From NCBI GenBank assembly GCA_027604505.1, contig JADIIX010000009.1, positions 124,001-188,000 on the forward strand: DNA of 64,000 bases. Reading direction: 5' to 3'. The notes under the pieces are model-generated. The model made no database searches and was not told where the DNA came from. It worked only from the letters and a program-made list of their open reading frames with translations. Source of the stretch: Gonapodya sp. JEL0774 (lineage: Eukaryota). Positions within the stretch are counted from its first letter, which is position 1. Each line of letters begins with the position of its first letter. The position numbers were made by a program, and so were the translations under genes. This document shows positions 38,942-52,025 of the stretch, in pieces.

Positions 38942-39542
38942 CTTAGCTTTCTCTTGCCCATACCTGGCCAACCAGCGCTTGGGAGAGTCAGGAAGCCTGG
39001 GGACCAACAAGAGACACAGCCAGTTGCAGTGTCAAAGCCACTGGCGAATGAATCAGGTAGCGCTGAACAGACGAGGGAGGGGGGGCGGGGGGGCGAAAGC
39101 TGGAAGCTGGAATTTCGCAAACCATGGAAATCTCCAGAGAACGCCTGCAATATCGCAGGCTGAATCTCAAGAGCCACAGACACTCAAAAGCAGACGCGGA
39201 ATGGAGTGAGACGCGCAAAATTCCGCTATCTCAAGTTCCACCGTGTTGACTTTCAGCCATTCATTTCTGCAGTGGCAATGCATATAATGCTAGGGTGAGT
39301 GCTCCGGAGTGCACTCATAATGGAAATGTACTTATTCAGACCCAGAAGGAACATCAAATCGGGCGGTGAGGGCAGAGGAGAAGTTTGCAGTGCCAGTGAA
39401 ATTTCTCTTTTGTGACAGTGTTCAGAACGATTAGAAAACCTTAAGTAAATAGAATGGTGTCCGTTTCGCCTTCCGGGACATCGTGCGGCGACCTTCGGTA
39501 TCATAACCTCGTATGATGTACTGGTCCACGAGTCCAGGAATC

Positions 39543-42354
39543 TCACAACGCACTCTCACTCTCTCCACTATCATCACTTTCAAAAGGGTCTTTACGTGCT
39601 CTTACGTACGAGCCGTCGCTTGCCAGGAGGGAGCCACAGATAGCGCTTGGTTCGGGCTCCCATTGCAAGCTCCCAGTGCCTGTGAAAAGGACCTGGGATG
39701 GTTTCGAAGAGACGGTGGACGAGGAACCCACACCATCTGCACCGCCATCCATTTCACTGCTCCTAACGTTGACATCCGCACCGGGTTCCTCTGCCTCCCT
39801 TGCCTCTTCACCCTCTGATGATGAAAACAAGCGATCAAGGACATTGCGGCGCACGGCAGCAGTCCCTCGCACCACACTTCGTGCTGCAACTGGACCCAAA
39901 GGCGGATGGCGAGCGGGTAGCGGTAATTGGGCAAGTGATGCCGAGAGAACAGAGGAAGATGTTGCATCGCCTGCAACTACACCTTCCACTTCGGACTGTA
40001 ATGCCCGTCCGCCACGCATGTTTGTGCGGGTTTGCGTGTATCCACCAGTCCGTTCACCGTCCTCCTCTGTAGCACTGGATTGCCCCGGACTAGTCCCCCC
40101 CTCCAGGTCACCGTCTTCACTGTCCAAGACCACACTCGTCTTCACCCTTCCTCCCATCTTGACCCCTGCAGTGGTTTGCATTGTTCCTCGACCCTCTTTG
40201 TCTTTCCCCACAAGAGCAGTCCCGGTCCTCCCGCCCCTTCCTCTACCCCTCGCATTACCCCGACTTTTCTGGGCCTTTGGCACCAGTATCTCATCTTCGT
40301 CTTCTACTTCATCACCAGAACCCTTAGTCCAATCTATTACCTCGTCCGCCCCCGCCTCCGACGCGACCACCTCATCGATATCCACATCTTCATCTCCTTC
40401 TTCTTGCTCTTCCCCTTCCCGATCCCCGCCTTTTTTCTGCCGTCTCTTCCCTCCTAATGCCCTCCCTTTCCATCCCCCTTTCCTCGCGAGCTCCTCCCAC
40501 TCTATCCTTCCACCTTCTCCATGTTCCTGTAACGCGGCCCACTCACCCCTCACTTTCGCCGTGACCCACTGCGGCCCCTTGCCCGGATTTTCACGTCTAA
40601 TTCGCGCTCGAGAAGCGCGAGAGAAGAGCTCGTAGGGCGTAGGACGACGGCGGGGGTTCTGGGGTGCCTCAGAAGTGCGGGTACGGCTTTTTTTGGTTGG
40701 CGGAGAAGTTGAGGAGAGGGAAGAACCTGAAGAGGAAAGAGAGTGCGACCGAGTAGTTGTTTTGCGGCGTTTGCGGGTTGCTGTTGTTGTTGTCGTTGCG
40801 GGTTTCCCGCCATTCGAAGGTGTTGTGTTCGAGTTAGCTCGCGATGCTGGACGGCGGCGACTTTTCCCTTCCGCCACCACTTTTGTCGCCATCTGAGTAC
40901 CCAAGTCCGATTTAGTTTCCAACGACATGTCACCGTCCTCGTCAGAGGAGATGGAGTCCTCCTGAAGCTATGAGAAGTTCATGGTGATTCGATGACCAGG
41001 GATAATCAAGTACAGATATGTTGTGCGGGGCGGGTGAGTTTGTGTTAAAAAATGTGGATAATGAAAAGAGAGTGAACGATACACTCTCATCGGCGAGAAC
41101 GATTGGTAACGTTACCGACGTCACCGAATGACACACTGTTCGAGGCACACCGGCTGCACCAGACCACATTTTGTTGATTCTTCTCACTCACGTAATCGCT
41201 CTCCACTTCAATCTCATCTCCCTCGTTCCAATCCTCAGGTGCCCACCATCCTTCATCGTCGCCCCACGGGTTGTGAAACCCAGGTCTACCCCCGTCGCTG
41301 TCCTTTTCCTGCTCATCATCCGAAGTGGCGATGCTTGAGTGGTCAGCGAAGAAGTCGGGTCGTTGAGGCGAGGATGGTTGATTTACATGGAGGAAAGACG
41401 AGGTCGACGGCTGTGGATGGTTCAATGGGGCACTGGATAGAGCAGTGGAGACTGATGTTAGCCCTGTAGCGGTGCGGCGGAGGGCGGTGGGTGGGGTGGA
41501 GGTTGAGGCTGTGCTACCGGCGACGGTTGTGCGATCGTCGGGAGGTTCGGAGATATGTGGAGGTGATGGTGGGGGGAAAGAAAGGGAGAGTGAGGCGACA
41601 GGAACGGTATCTCCTGCTTGTTGGGGCGGGAGTGACGGTGGCGGTGAAGGTATCGGAGATATGTGCACGGCGGCGGGGAAGAGGTCGAGGTGGAGGGTGA
41701 ATGGGTAAGTTCCCGGCCCTCGAAGTACTGTGGGGACGTTACGGGGGAGGGGTTCGGCGGAGAGCGTGGAGGAAGATTGGCCAAGCTGGGAGGTGGGCGG
41801 AAAATGCGTGACGGCCGGGTTAGTTTGTGGACTCCATAAAAATCCACCGGGCAGAGCAAGTTTCTTTATACCCCACGGGCGGCCACTGCATTTTCTCACG
41901 ATCTGATCACTCGCCGTACATTCGTCGCCCAATTGAACTCTTTCATACCTGTTCTTGCTGTCCACCACTACCAGCTCATCTTCACCTCCTCCACTACTCG
42001 TTTCGTGGCTGGATCATGATTGTCGGAAAACACAACAATCAAACCAGACAGAACGGTGGAAAATTGTGTACGTTTTCCTCTCCCCAGGGCTATTAGTCGA
42101 CGGAATGAGTGAACTCCTCAGGTTCATCTCCCTCTCAATAATAAAATAGCACAACGACGCACCCTCGTGACCGTGACGGATCCCTCTGACTTGTTGAAAT
42201 TGAATTTGAGTTGCTGTTTTGAGATTCGAATTGCGAGATTGACATCTGTGACAATCAGTCTGTCGGGTCGGCCGATGAACACATCGGTGAGGTTGGGTAG
42301 TGGAATTCGTTGCTGTGAAGAGACAGGCTGGATGTATGCTTCAAGTTGGGGCAT
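39543..42354 (-). CDS. Putative nuclear protein: N-terminal FHA-like domain, acidic/disordered linker, single HMG box
   Basis: Exon 1 reads IPLPNLTDVFIGR...RISKQQLKFNFNKSEGSVTVTR (PNKP/APTX/TDP1-type FHA pattern). HMG box is PRRRPTPYELFSRASRARIRRENPGKGPQWVTAKVRGEWAAL...WEELA. Phase-0 intron 41191-40968 joins ...EVESDY to LQEDSISSDEDGD. Exons between 41700 and 42160 are uncertain. Confidence 0.65.
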
Positions 42355-42452
42355 CGCGGAAGCCGCGTACGGCCAGGTGGTGGTGAAGGTGGAGGTGATC
42401 GGGTTCGTTTCAAACGAATATCAGCAATGTAACAAATCATCACAATCCAATC

Positions 42453-43167
42453 ATGTCGCTCAACGAAAAACTTGAAGCAGAGGTCAACGCGCTGCAGGAG
42501 GTTCAAAAACGTGCGCATTCATTGTTCTCTCCATTTTATGCCTTCCTGCAATACAGTAATGAGGTTCTTCACCTTCTCGCTGTTTGACCTAGAGTACTCC
42601 CGGGCTATTCTCAACCAACAACAGCTTGACTCGCAATTGAGAGAGAATGAAGCGGTCAAGGAGGTGAGATGTGGTTCCTCTTACCAGAGATCCAGTTGAT
42701 TTGGCATGTTATTCAGATTCCATCGTACTCGAAACCCTTTCTTCGCTTTGCGTTCAGGAGTTTTCGACTTTAAAGCCCGATGCCGTCATCTACAAACTAA
42801 TTGGTCCAGTTCTTGTAAAACAGGACATGGTGGAGGCCAAATCAAACGTGGACAAGCGACTGGAGTTCATCAACATTGAAATGTGAGCAATACATGCACA
42901 ATGGGCCCTCACGCTCCACTAACTTTGTTCACGTACTGCTTTGCTGTCCTCGGAACCTGTGTTGGTCTCACTCAATGCCCCACAGAAAACGGGCAGACGG
43001 TGAGCTCACTTTTGACGGCTGCTGGCACACGGACTGAGACGCGCTCGTTTTTCGCCGCAGCGCTGATAAAAGATTTGTCCGAAAAGCAAGAGAAACGTCA
43101 GGAGCAAATTCTTAAGCTGAAGGAGCTAGCGGACACGGGCGAGAGGGAATCTAGAGCCGCCAGCTGA
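42453..43167 (+). CDS. YKE2: Prefoldin subunit 6 (beta type)
   Basis: MSLNEKLEAEV, QQLDSQLRENEAVKEEF and IYKLIGPVLVKQDMVEAKSNVDKRLEFI. Includes a 14-nt micro-exon at 42986-42999. Confidence 0.93.
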
Positions 43168-43281
43168 TCCAACGTGATTGTAATTGCTTTTGAATATTTG
43201 TACAATAGTGAATGCATGTGCCAGAAGACGAGGCATTATGCAGCTGCCAGCTCCTTCGTCAACGCCCTGAAGTGCAAACAT

Positions 43282-46200
43282 TTACGATAGTGACATCATC
43301 GAAATCCGCTTTTGTTCTTGTTCCTCCGCCTTGTTCGCTTCTAAAATCTCTGAGCTGATATGCTTGCCAGGATCTTCAGTGGGCACGCTTAAGCGGCTCG
43401 TTGGGATCACTGGGGAAGACAAGTCTACCGAACCTGATCGACTCCGCCAATCATAATTGTTCACGAGGGACTTAAACAAAGCGAGAGCGTCGTCCAAATT
43501 GATGTGATTTGTAATCCACCGCCGCGGTGCCGTCGACAGCGAGTGCTTTCCGTCCATCTGCGTGTCGATGAGATTATTGTCGTGTGCACCTGGACTGAAC
43601 GATAGTCGAATTGAATATTCCCGTGGACTTGAAGGTGTCACGGGGCGCGGTGTGCTCCCTCGGTGGTTCATTTGCGGAGACTGGCTTGGTGTGACGCTTG
43701 GGTGGCCATCCTCGTGGAGTGGAGACGCAGAGCCGGGAGAGCTGATCGTGGAGCCAATATTGGTGGTGCGGACGCGCTCATACAGTTCGAAAACAATCTG
43801 GGTGAGGTCTGGAGAGAAAGTAAGACCAGCGGTTAACTCTCCAACGGGAATTGCTACGTCCTGTGAAGGCCGCCAGAGAACGGACACTGCTCCCGCAGTA
43901 CTCACAATCCACCTCATCCACCTCCTTCGGCGAATACGATAGCTTTACCGGAAACCCCGCCGCAATAATCACGTTTAGAAGAGTGATAATCTTGCTCTCC
44001 TTGGTGAAAAAAAGCCTCGTACAGGGTGTAGCAGAATCTCTCGCGTCTTCTATCTCCTGCACGAGTTTCTTCACCAAAGGGAGCGCACTCAAAACCCCAA
44101 TTTCAAGCTTCTCAGTCCTTTCCAATCCATACTCTTGCGGCGCCACGAAGTCAAAGAGGTCCTTCGCCTTGTACCACACCTTGCGCACAAGTTCTTTGCC
44201 GTGCTCTGCGTTGGAAAAGATACCAAAGAGGAACTCGCGGTTGTGGAGGGCGTCGAACTTGCAGGAGTCGTAAAGTTCGCTGATTTTGGACGGTTCAACC
44301 GCAGATCGGTCGACGTCGCAAAAGTTCTCAAAGAGTTTCTCCCATCGTTCCTGAAGTCATCGGCCAAATCCATCAGCTTAATGAACCAGCAGCGTATATG
44401 ACGCAATCCCAAACCCACCACAACTAAAAATGGTGTGTCTTGACAGCACCACGATCTTGTTTGAAGTGTATCCACATTCAAAATCTTCAAGTTCTCCCTC
44501 ATTACGGCCCGCATTTGCCCTAGAAGATCAATCACCTCCGTCAGAGTCACCGCTGGGTCGACCATCTGAAGAAGAAGGAGCAACATCATGAATAGAACTA
44601 GAAGCAATAAAGAAGGACTTGCTCTTGACGCAGCCGCAGAATCTCACTTCCGCTGGGAGAATGAACCCAGCTGGCAACAAGTGCAACTTGGTCGTCCCCG
44701 CAGGTGCGTTCAAAATCTCTTGTAGCTTGGTCTTGATTATCTCCATCTGCTCTTTTGCAGCGTCAGAGTCGTCAAGCATGGCGCGATTTACCTCTTCACA
44801 GACATGAAATCAACGTCAAACTCTGTTCCCAAGACCACAGAGCATGCGATCCCACCACTCCACAGACTCACGCATTGCCTCCTTCGGTAACTCCTGGTCC
44901 ATCAAAAACTGCGACAAGAAAATATCCGCCGTTGCGGCAACACGGCGTTCACTGCTTAGGTACAGCTTAACGTCGTCGAGCACTTTACGGTTCATAAGGA
45001 TAAGATCTTTGCGAAGGTTGAGACCAAGATCTTTGGATTGGTGCCGACCGGCGTGGGTGAACTGGAGTTCAACAGTAACGCTGGTGATGCAGCGGGCCGA
45101 TGTGGGTCAAGACACAGGGGAGCACGCCACTCACTTCACCTCCCCACTTAACCACCAACTGCACCTTCTCCAACACCTTACTCTTCTTTCCAAAATTAGG
45201 TTTCACCTGAATTTTGGTCCCGGGCATCTCCCCCTTCTTCTCCATCACCATCAACAGCTGTTCCAAAAGCGCCGCGTCCTCCAACCCGTCTTTAAGAGCT
45301 ACCCGTGCAGCCTCAATCACCTCCTTCAGCTCTTCTGGCTTCTTTAATACGACTTCTTCCTCACTTCCATGTAACATATCCATGAAAGGCTTGCTCCGGA
45401 AGGAAAACTTGAGTTTCTGTTTCGGCGTACGATCCGCATGACGTAGAACAGAAATGAACGCCTTGAGCCGCCACGCGGATTCAAGAGAGGCGTCTGATAT
45501 GGCGCTTGGGGGGATACGGCGCTGTTCGGCGGCTTGGAGGAACATCAGACGTAGTCGATGAGCACAATTGTCATAGTATTCGTCATTGCCTTTGACGAAG
45601 GACCTGCCCAGAAGGGAAGATGTAGTAGTGATGAGTCAATAACGCGATGATGGGATGATTGGTCGGGACGCCGGTGGTGCACCAAAATCAACACAAGAGT
45701 CACTTGAGTATCGCGTCAGTCTACCTCGCCACACAACCACTCACCACCCATTCACATCAATAACATAGCTGTTTCCTCCCGCTCTCAATAAATCAAATCC
45801 ACAAACGGCTTGCCTGAACCCCAAGCATACAAGTCGCGCCATTTCCCGTTCAGCGTCTGAGAGTGGAGTGATGTAACGGATTTCCTTGCCTTCAGCGTTC
45901 CGCTGCACCACGCCGTCGACGACAGGAGATCTTTTTAAGAACGGATGGATGTGAGTGCGGAAGTGAACAGGTACGAGGTAAGGCAACCGTTACAACTAAC
46001 TGTTGTCTTCCAAGCAAACAAACAAACCCCCTACTCCCCACACTCACTTCCTCGTTTCCGCGTGCGCATACGCATCTCCAATTGTATACACTTTGACATC
46101 TTCCAAGTTATCCACGGTCATAAACTCTTCGTAAACGTAACTGCCGTCTCTCCTCAACTCGACTTGCCCGGCCACAAACTCCGAGCTCTTATTATTGATC

Positions 46201-47291
46201 TTGCGAAACAGTTTCCGCACACCGCCGCCCATGGAGGATGGGTAGTAGATCCATACATTGTGGTCTTCCCCTGACACGGGTTTCTCCACAAAGGGTTTCC
46301 GAAGCGTTACGTTCCCCTGACGTATCACATCCTCGTCTACCACTTCCACCTCCGTTGTTGACCACGTCGATTCGCTTAAGTCAGGTCCCCCGGAAGCTCT
46401 TACATGCTCCACCAGATCTCTGGGCAAAACTGGGGGTTCTCTATTTGCTACGATACGTCTTGGTGTGCGTACTCCTACGTGGTCCAAAACCCTCAAAACG
46501 ACACGTCTGTCCCACAGAAGTTGTTGGTACGATAAATCGTTCACACAAAATGGGCGAACGAGGCGAACATATTCAAGGGCTTTAGCCATGGGGAAGTCGG
46601 TTGAGAAAAAGGTAATGAGGAAGTCACAAGTTGGCCAGGAGTCCGGGTCTGAGTAGGGGTTGTTGGGTGGGTTGAAGCACGAGTATGATGGGGGAAGTGT
46701 ACATAAGAGTCCCTCTCTCAAAGGGATTTGCGACACTCCCCCGTTCGTAGCTACTATCCTCCTTTTAAAACACAGCCTCCCACCCCCCAGATTCTTTGGG
46801 TACTCTGACATGCATTCCATCAGAAATTGCCGTCACCCACCACAAGATCCTCCCCAAAATCCCCATTCGAGCGTCCAAATGCACTCACCTTCATCCAAGA
46901 GCACCTTATCACCAAATATGACAATTTCAAACTCCCCATTGGTCAACAGCCTGTTCAAAATGTTTCTCATCGGTTTTGAGCGGGCTTTTTGGTCCATAGC
47001 CGCGACACCGAGGACGTCTGTGATAAATTGGATGCATTTCTAGAGCTTGTTTCGGCGAAGGGAAGGGGAGAGGGATGGCTAACACATACATTTAGGTGGT
47101 AGACTGAGGGAGCCGCGCGGCTGATGTATTTAGTCAGAGGGCGGAGAGGAACCGGGTTAGAAGTCGATTCAAAGAACTTGAAGATCAAAATGGACCACTG
47201 ATGCATGATGCTGAAGAAGGGAGGTGGGATGCCAAGCGAGAATTCAGACTTACGCGGTAGAAAGTTGTTCCTTCGACAGATCTGCCGGCAT
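43282..47291 (-). CDS. VIP1: Inositol hexakisphosphate/PP-IP5 kinase (Vip1/Asp1/PPIP5K): ATP-grasp kinase plus histidine acid-phosphatase domain; start approximate
   Basis: [91 protein letters not shown] and RLFFTKES. Confidence 0.95.
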
Positions 47292-47688
47292 GAGGGGTCT
47301 GGTGTGTGTTCAAGTAAGGTTTGCGGGAATGGGATGACGAGGTGTATCCGCACAGACAACCGTCAAGAACAGCAAAAGAAAGGGTGAAGCCATGGAATCA
47401 AGTGACTCTAAACGAATACATTAGAGGAAGGCTTACCGAAGCCGACACATTGTTCGTTCGAAGCGGAGAATCTCCGCCCAGGGAGGAAGCCATGGAGATT
47501 TGGGACGGAGGGAGAGGCCTCCCAGTGACCAGGCCAGCGAGTTCAGCGAGATGATCCGTTGCTGCGGAGGCTGTAAGGAGAAGGCGTGGGGATACAGCTG
47601 GATTGGGTTGGCGAAATTTGAGGTGAAGACTGCCAAAACTTCCGTCACACCCTGGCTGCGACAAAGTCACCTGTGGAAGCCTTACATT

Positions 47689-48138
47689 ATGGCTCAACAA
47701 ACTCTGCAATCACGCATCGCGCAGCTGCTACGACTTCGTGCTTCCATCTTTTCTATTCCATATGCCGATCCCGCCATTCGGTCAGATGGATCTCACATCC
47801 TCCGGGAGCGTTTGGCTGGACCTTCCCTCCGTTCCTACTACCCCCCCGACTTCGACAACGTAAAGCTCGCAAAGCGGGACCCGGAACTGGAAGGATCGTT
47901 TCTGGAATTAGATGACCTGCCACTGGAGAAGAAGAAAGAGAAGCAGGCTGTTTGGGAAGCGAGGAACAAGAGAATCTGGCAAAAAGGTTCGTCTTGATGC
48001 CCGAAATGGGTCTTTCTATGATGTAAAAGATGTTCACCTGAGCTCACGTAACCTCTCATCCATCCATTTCCAGTCGGGGTCAAAATTACCCGGGCGAAGG
48101 CGAAAGAGACAGGCGGCGGCAAGAGGAAGAGACGATAA
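47689..48138 (+). CDS. RSM27: Mitochondrial small-subunit ribosomal protein mS33 (Rsm27-like)
   Basis: LRASIF...RSDGSHILRERLAGPSLRSYYP resembles the mS33 consensus. One intron (GTTCGT ~47988 to CAG 48073) and a basic C-terminus. Confidence 0.75.
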
Positions 48139-48247
48139 TTCTGTTTCACGACCTCGTGGACATCAATACCAATGTATATACATCCGCAGCAATTGGACAC
48201 GTCAAAATATTGGGGGAGTGAAGCGCGTCAACCGTGAATATAGCGGA

Positions 48248-49239
48248 CTACCGACGAGGCTCCGCGTCCTTCTCCCTCTCCATCACACTTCTGTCAAATT
48301 TGATCACCAGAGTTGTTCTTCCAGGGTAACCCTCCATAGGATTAGAATGTGCTGAGACACGAGCAGGCTTTGGTTGGGACACCCAACGTCGCTTCAGCCT
48401 TTGAACCGAACTGCGTGTGCCAACTGCCAAAACTTACGAATTGCGACCCGTCTAATACGGCTTCCACGATACCTGCCATGAAAGCTCCACAGTTCAGAGA
48501 GGAATACTCGCGGGGAACGGAGATGTATCGAGTCACCACTGGATCGTTATCGGAGATCATGTCTTCGACGGACATTAACTCTTGCTGAGATGTGGGAAGT
48601 AATTACGGGCCGTGACAAGGAACCACCTACATTCGTCCTCGTTGTCCGTGCTCTTCTCGAGAGAGTCCGCTTGCTTCCCAAACAAACTCTTCCACAGCAC
48701 AGAGTGGACAAAGTAGAGCATGTTAATCATACGTGTTTCCCGCTTTCCACCCTTATCACGCCACGTCACGAGTTCGATTGCGCGGATACCGACTCGATAG
48801 CCAAAGTCGGCCAGCCTGGTTCACACCATACGAGACAAAGTGGGAATCGAGTCCCAAACAAATATGCGAATAATTAGGAATATAATATACAAGGAGGCGA
48901 TGCAATCGCCTGGGACCACTCAAAAGTTGCTTAGCTCACTTGCGTTCCAGATCTTGAATCCCGTTCACCCTCTTCTGAGAGTACTGCAGCATCTCCGAAA
49001 ACATGAACGCAAACGCAGACAAGCTAACCTGTAGTTTTAAGAAACCACGAGTACACGGTGAATGAATGAATCGGATAATCAGGAACCCCCACTAGGACGG
49101 TAGGAATCGCGTCGTCTTGTCTTGTCACCTCTGCGTGTCCCTTTGACAAGGTCCGGTCCAGAATCGCGACCTTCTTACCACCGGAAAACCGACTATTTTC
49201 AAAAGAAGCAGCGGATACCATCGAGAGGCGGCCAGCCAT
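48248..49239 (-). CDS. TRS31: TRAPP complex subunit 5 (Trs31)
   Basis: ILDRTLSKGHAEVSLSAFAFMFSEMLQY, LWKSLFGKQADSLEKS and YISVPREYSSLNCGAFMAGIVEAVLDGSQFPARVSAH. Confidence 0.95.
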
Positions 49240-49352
49240 GGCGATTATGGTGCTCAGTTACAGGGAAGTGAGGTTTGGGTGGGAATGGCCGGACGTGCGC
49301 GCCAGCCTGAACAAACGAACTTTTGGTCGACGAACCACTTCTGTCCACAACG

Positions 49353-50104
49353 ATGGCACCCACCGATGACCACATAGCCTACCAACGAGTTCCCACAGTG
49401 GACGAGCTGGATCCGTATGGTGCGTGCCTGGTCCTGAAATACCTTGTTTTGCCCACACCTTTCTGATAACCATCACAACCTGACAACCGGCCCACTTCGG
49501 AACCCGCATCGTCCGAATGGACCGTGGCATCCGTGGATGGTGACTTTGTGTGCCCGTGGAATGGGGGTTTTTGTTGCCGACTCGGACGGTGTTGTGGGAT
49601 CATGGGACTTTCCTTTGGGGTCACTGTCGCGCATTGCAATGTTCACCGCGACATCTCATGGTCGGACATGGAATGCACACGGCACACCTCTCCATCGCAC
49701 CTCGTACCGACGTTGTCCCTCCCCCCCGGGCCCACGGGCCCGGAACCGGGCCCCAATGGAACCCGGCAGCGGCCCGCGCCCTCGCGCCGGGCGGGGGCGG
49801 GCCGCGGGCGGCNNNNNNNNNNCTCCGCCCGCTCGCGCCCCGCCCACCCCCCCCGTGCCCCCCTACCCCCCCTTCCTCTCCCCCAGACCGCCCCGCCGTC
49901 CTCTCTGCCCGCGACCAGCACATCCGCGAGCAAATGGTGCGGATGCAAGAAATTTCCATCCTCCGTGACAAGCTCAAGTGGTGTTACCGTCGAGAAGGTC
50001 CCAACGCCAAGGAGACGTGCAGGGAACTCGCGCTCGCTTACGTCGAGTTCCTCAAGGAGGATTGGATCACGCCGTTTAAGGTGCCCGGGCCCAAGGCGGA
50101 GTGA
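49353..50104 (+). CDS. NDUFB10: NADH:ubiquinone oxidoreductase accessory subunit NDUFB10 (PDSW-like)
   Basis: Exon 1 MAPTDDHIAYQRVPTVDELDPY joins, via phase-1 intron 49420-49886, to DRPAVLSARDQHIREQMVRMQEISILRDKLKWCYRREGPNAKETCRELALAY (CYxxEGxNxxxxC motif). Confidence 0.82.
49813..49822. other. Assembly gap (10 N) in a GC-rich intron
   Basis: Run of n characters in the sequence. Confidence 1.
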
Positions 50105-50775
50105 AGGGGGTGGAGGGTGGGGAAGGAGTGGGTAGGCGCGGTCGAGTCAGGCGGGCGGGCGGGGAGGGGGAGTGGGGGTGAATGGAGTGACCGCGTGGGC
50201 TCGTATTTGGTGGATGATTTTCGAGGTGCGGTGGTGTTCCGTGGCATGGCGGACCCCGAATAGCCATTTTATCTGGACCTTGAGCGTCTACCATCATTCT
50301 TTGTGGCGGGACAGCCGCGACCGTACGCATGGCGGGTCCGAGGTCTGAGGGCGGAGGGCGGAGGGGGAACAGGAAGCAGGGGCTGGCCTGCGCGGCCCCG
50401 TCTGTCTACACTCCACATATGTAGAATTCAAATCCAATCGTGCGCATGCGCATGTGTCGTGCCGATGACGCTCGCGTTTTTCAGAACCTACTTGAATAAC
50501 AACGAAATGCTACGATGTATCACCACGGCGTGCGGGAGGTCCAGGTGCGAGGTTGTAAAAAGGCAGTTGGAAACGGGGGGAATGGTGTGGTCCGCCCCGC
50601 CCCCCCCCCCGCCCCCCCGCCCGAAAGTGGTGCGTGGGGGGACCCCCGTCCGTCAAAGCCCAGAGTACATACACTTCTTCGACCCGACAAATCAATTAAA
50701 CGACGCGACACGACCAGTCTCAACGATCAAACATTACAAGTAAAGCAACCAACACCGAAACCACCGTTCGCTTCT

Positions 50776-52025
50776 TTAATAGGCAGAGTGAGGGTTCAGA
50801 GCGTTGGTGTGAACCTGAGTAACGGCGCAAGGAGGACGGTATCGATCGATCAGCCAGGCACGACGGGGAGTGCGGTGACGGATTGGGCAGGTCCTCCACA
50901 ACCCCCCCCCCCCCCAAACCCAACCCACCTTTGGCTTCACTGCCACGACCTCCTCCAACAACTTATCCAACACCTGTTGCTTATTCCTCTCGAACAATTT
51001 CTGCACCTCGACGAGTCTGGCGTCGGTCTCGCGGGTCACGGCGGACACGGACACGTCCGAGTCGCCAGAGAAGGTGCGCTCGAAGGCGGCGAAGTCGGAC
51101 GCTTTGAGGGATTTTAAGCTCTCGATCTCTTTGGTGGCTTCGGTGCGGGCGTCTTTGAGGCGTTGGATCCGGTCTGGGGGGTTTGGGGTTTGGGGGGGGG
51201 AAGGGGGGGAAAGGGGGTGGGGGTGGGAGGGTGAGAAGAGCCGAGGACGGGACCAAGGGTGAAAGGTTTGGTGCGAGGTAGGGCGGTGGGGTCAAAACCA
51301 GTCTCCGCGTCCAAGCCACCCCACGTTTTTGCGGTCCCCGTGCCCCCTGTCCCTTCCACCCTCCCCGTCCCCGTCCCCCGACCACCGACCATCGATCACA
51401 ATACACGCCTGGGTTGGCGCCGTTCCGTCATTTCCCCCCGACCGCGCACCCCTGCCGCATCAGAACCCAACCCCGACCCTCAAACCACGCGCACGCGTAC
51501 ATTGCCTCGCCTTGGCCACAATCTTTGCAGCCTCCTTCTCCGCCTCGAGGAGGGTTTGAATGCCGGCCGAGGACTGGAGGCGCGGGAGGCGGGGCCGGGG
51601 ACGGGACGAGACCGGCGTGGGGAGGGTGGAGGGGGTGATCGGGGCCCCACACGCACGGGGTCCAAGGTGAGCGGAGACCCACAAACGCGCCGCAAGAGGA
51701 TGGGAAAATTGATTGTCAGAGAGGAGCCGGGGATTTGAATGGAATTGGGTTGTAGGTTGTCGGGGTGGAGAGAGCCGGTGTTGTTGGGCGAAACATTGCG
51801 GGTTGCAGAGAGGGCGAGGGACGTGGGAGGTAGGCATTGGAGGGAATTGAATTGGATGGATTGGAGGGGGCCGAGTGCGGTTGGCGAGGAAGAGGGGGAC
51901 AGAGGGGAGCGGGAGACGCATCCAAGGGGGAAAGGAGGGGGGGCGGGGAGCGTCGAGTGCAAGAAAACAGCACTGTCAGGGGAGTGGAAAGAGGGGAAGA
52001 AACAGGTGTGGGGAAGACTGACCAT
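50776..52025 (-). CDS. VMA10: V-type ATPase subunit G
   Basis: ATG-only first exon (52025-52023), intron GTCAGT..CAG 52022-51574, then SSAGIQTLLEAEKEAAKIVAKARQ, RIQRLKDARTEATKEIE and NKQQVLDKLLEEV. Confidence 0.93.

Noticed and set aside
38690..39163. 157-aa ORF overlapping repeat copy 1
   Set aside because: It has a GTG start, the frame is not preserved in copy 2 (indels and a stop), and I recognise no domain.
39296..39317. Hairpin TGAGTGC-TCCGGAGT-GCACTCA as a Helitron 3' end
   Set aside because: No CTRR at the usual ~10-12 nt spacing on either strand, and a 7-bp stem is expected by chance.
39676..40635. Long antisense ORFs (also 3151-3972, 54112-55086, 61542-62252)
   Set aside because: These are shadow frames of GC-rich or low-complexity real genes on the opposite strand, with no independent coding signal.
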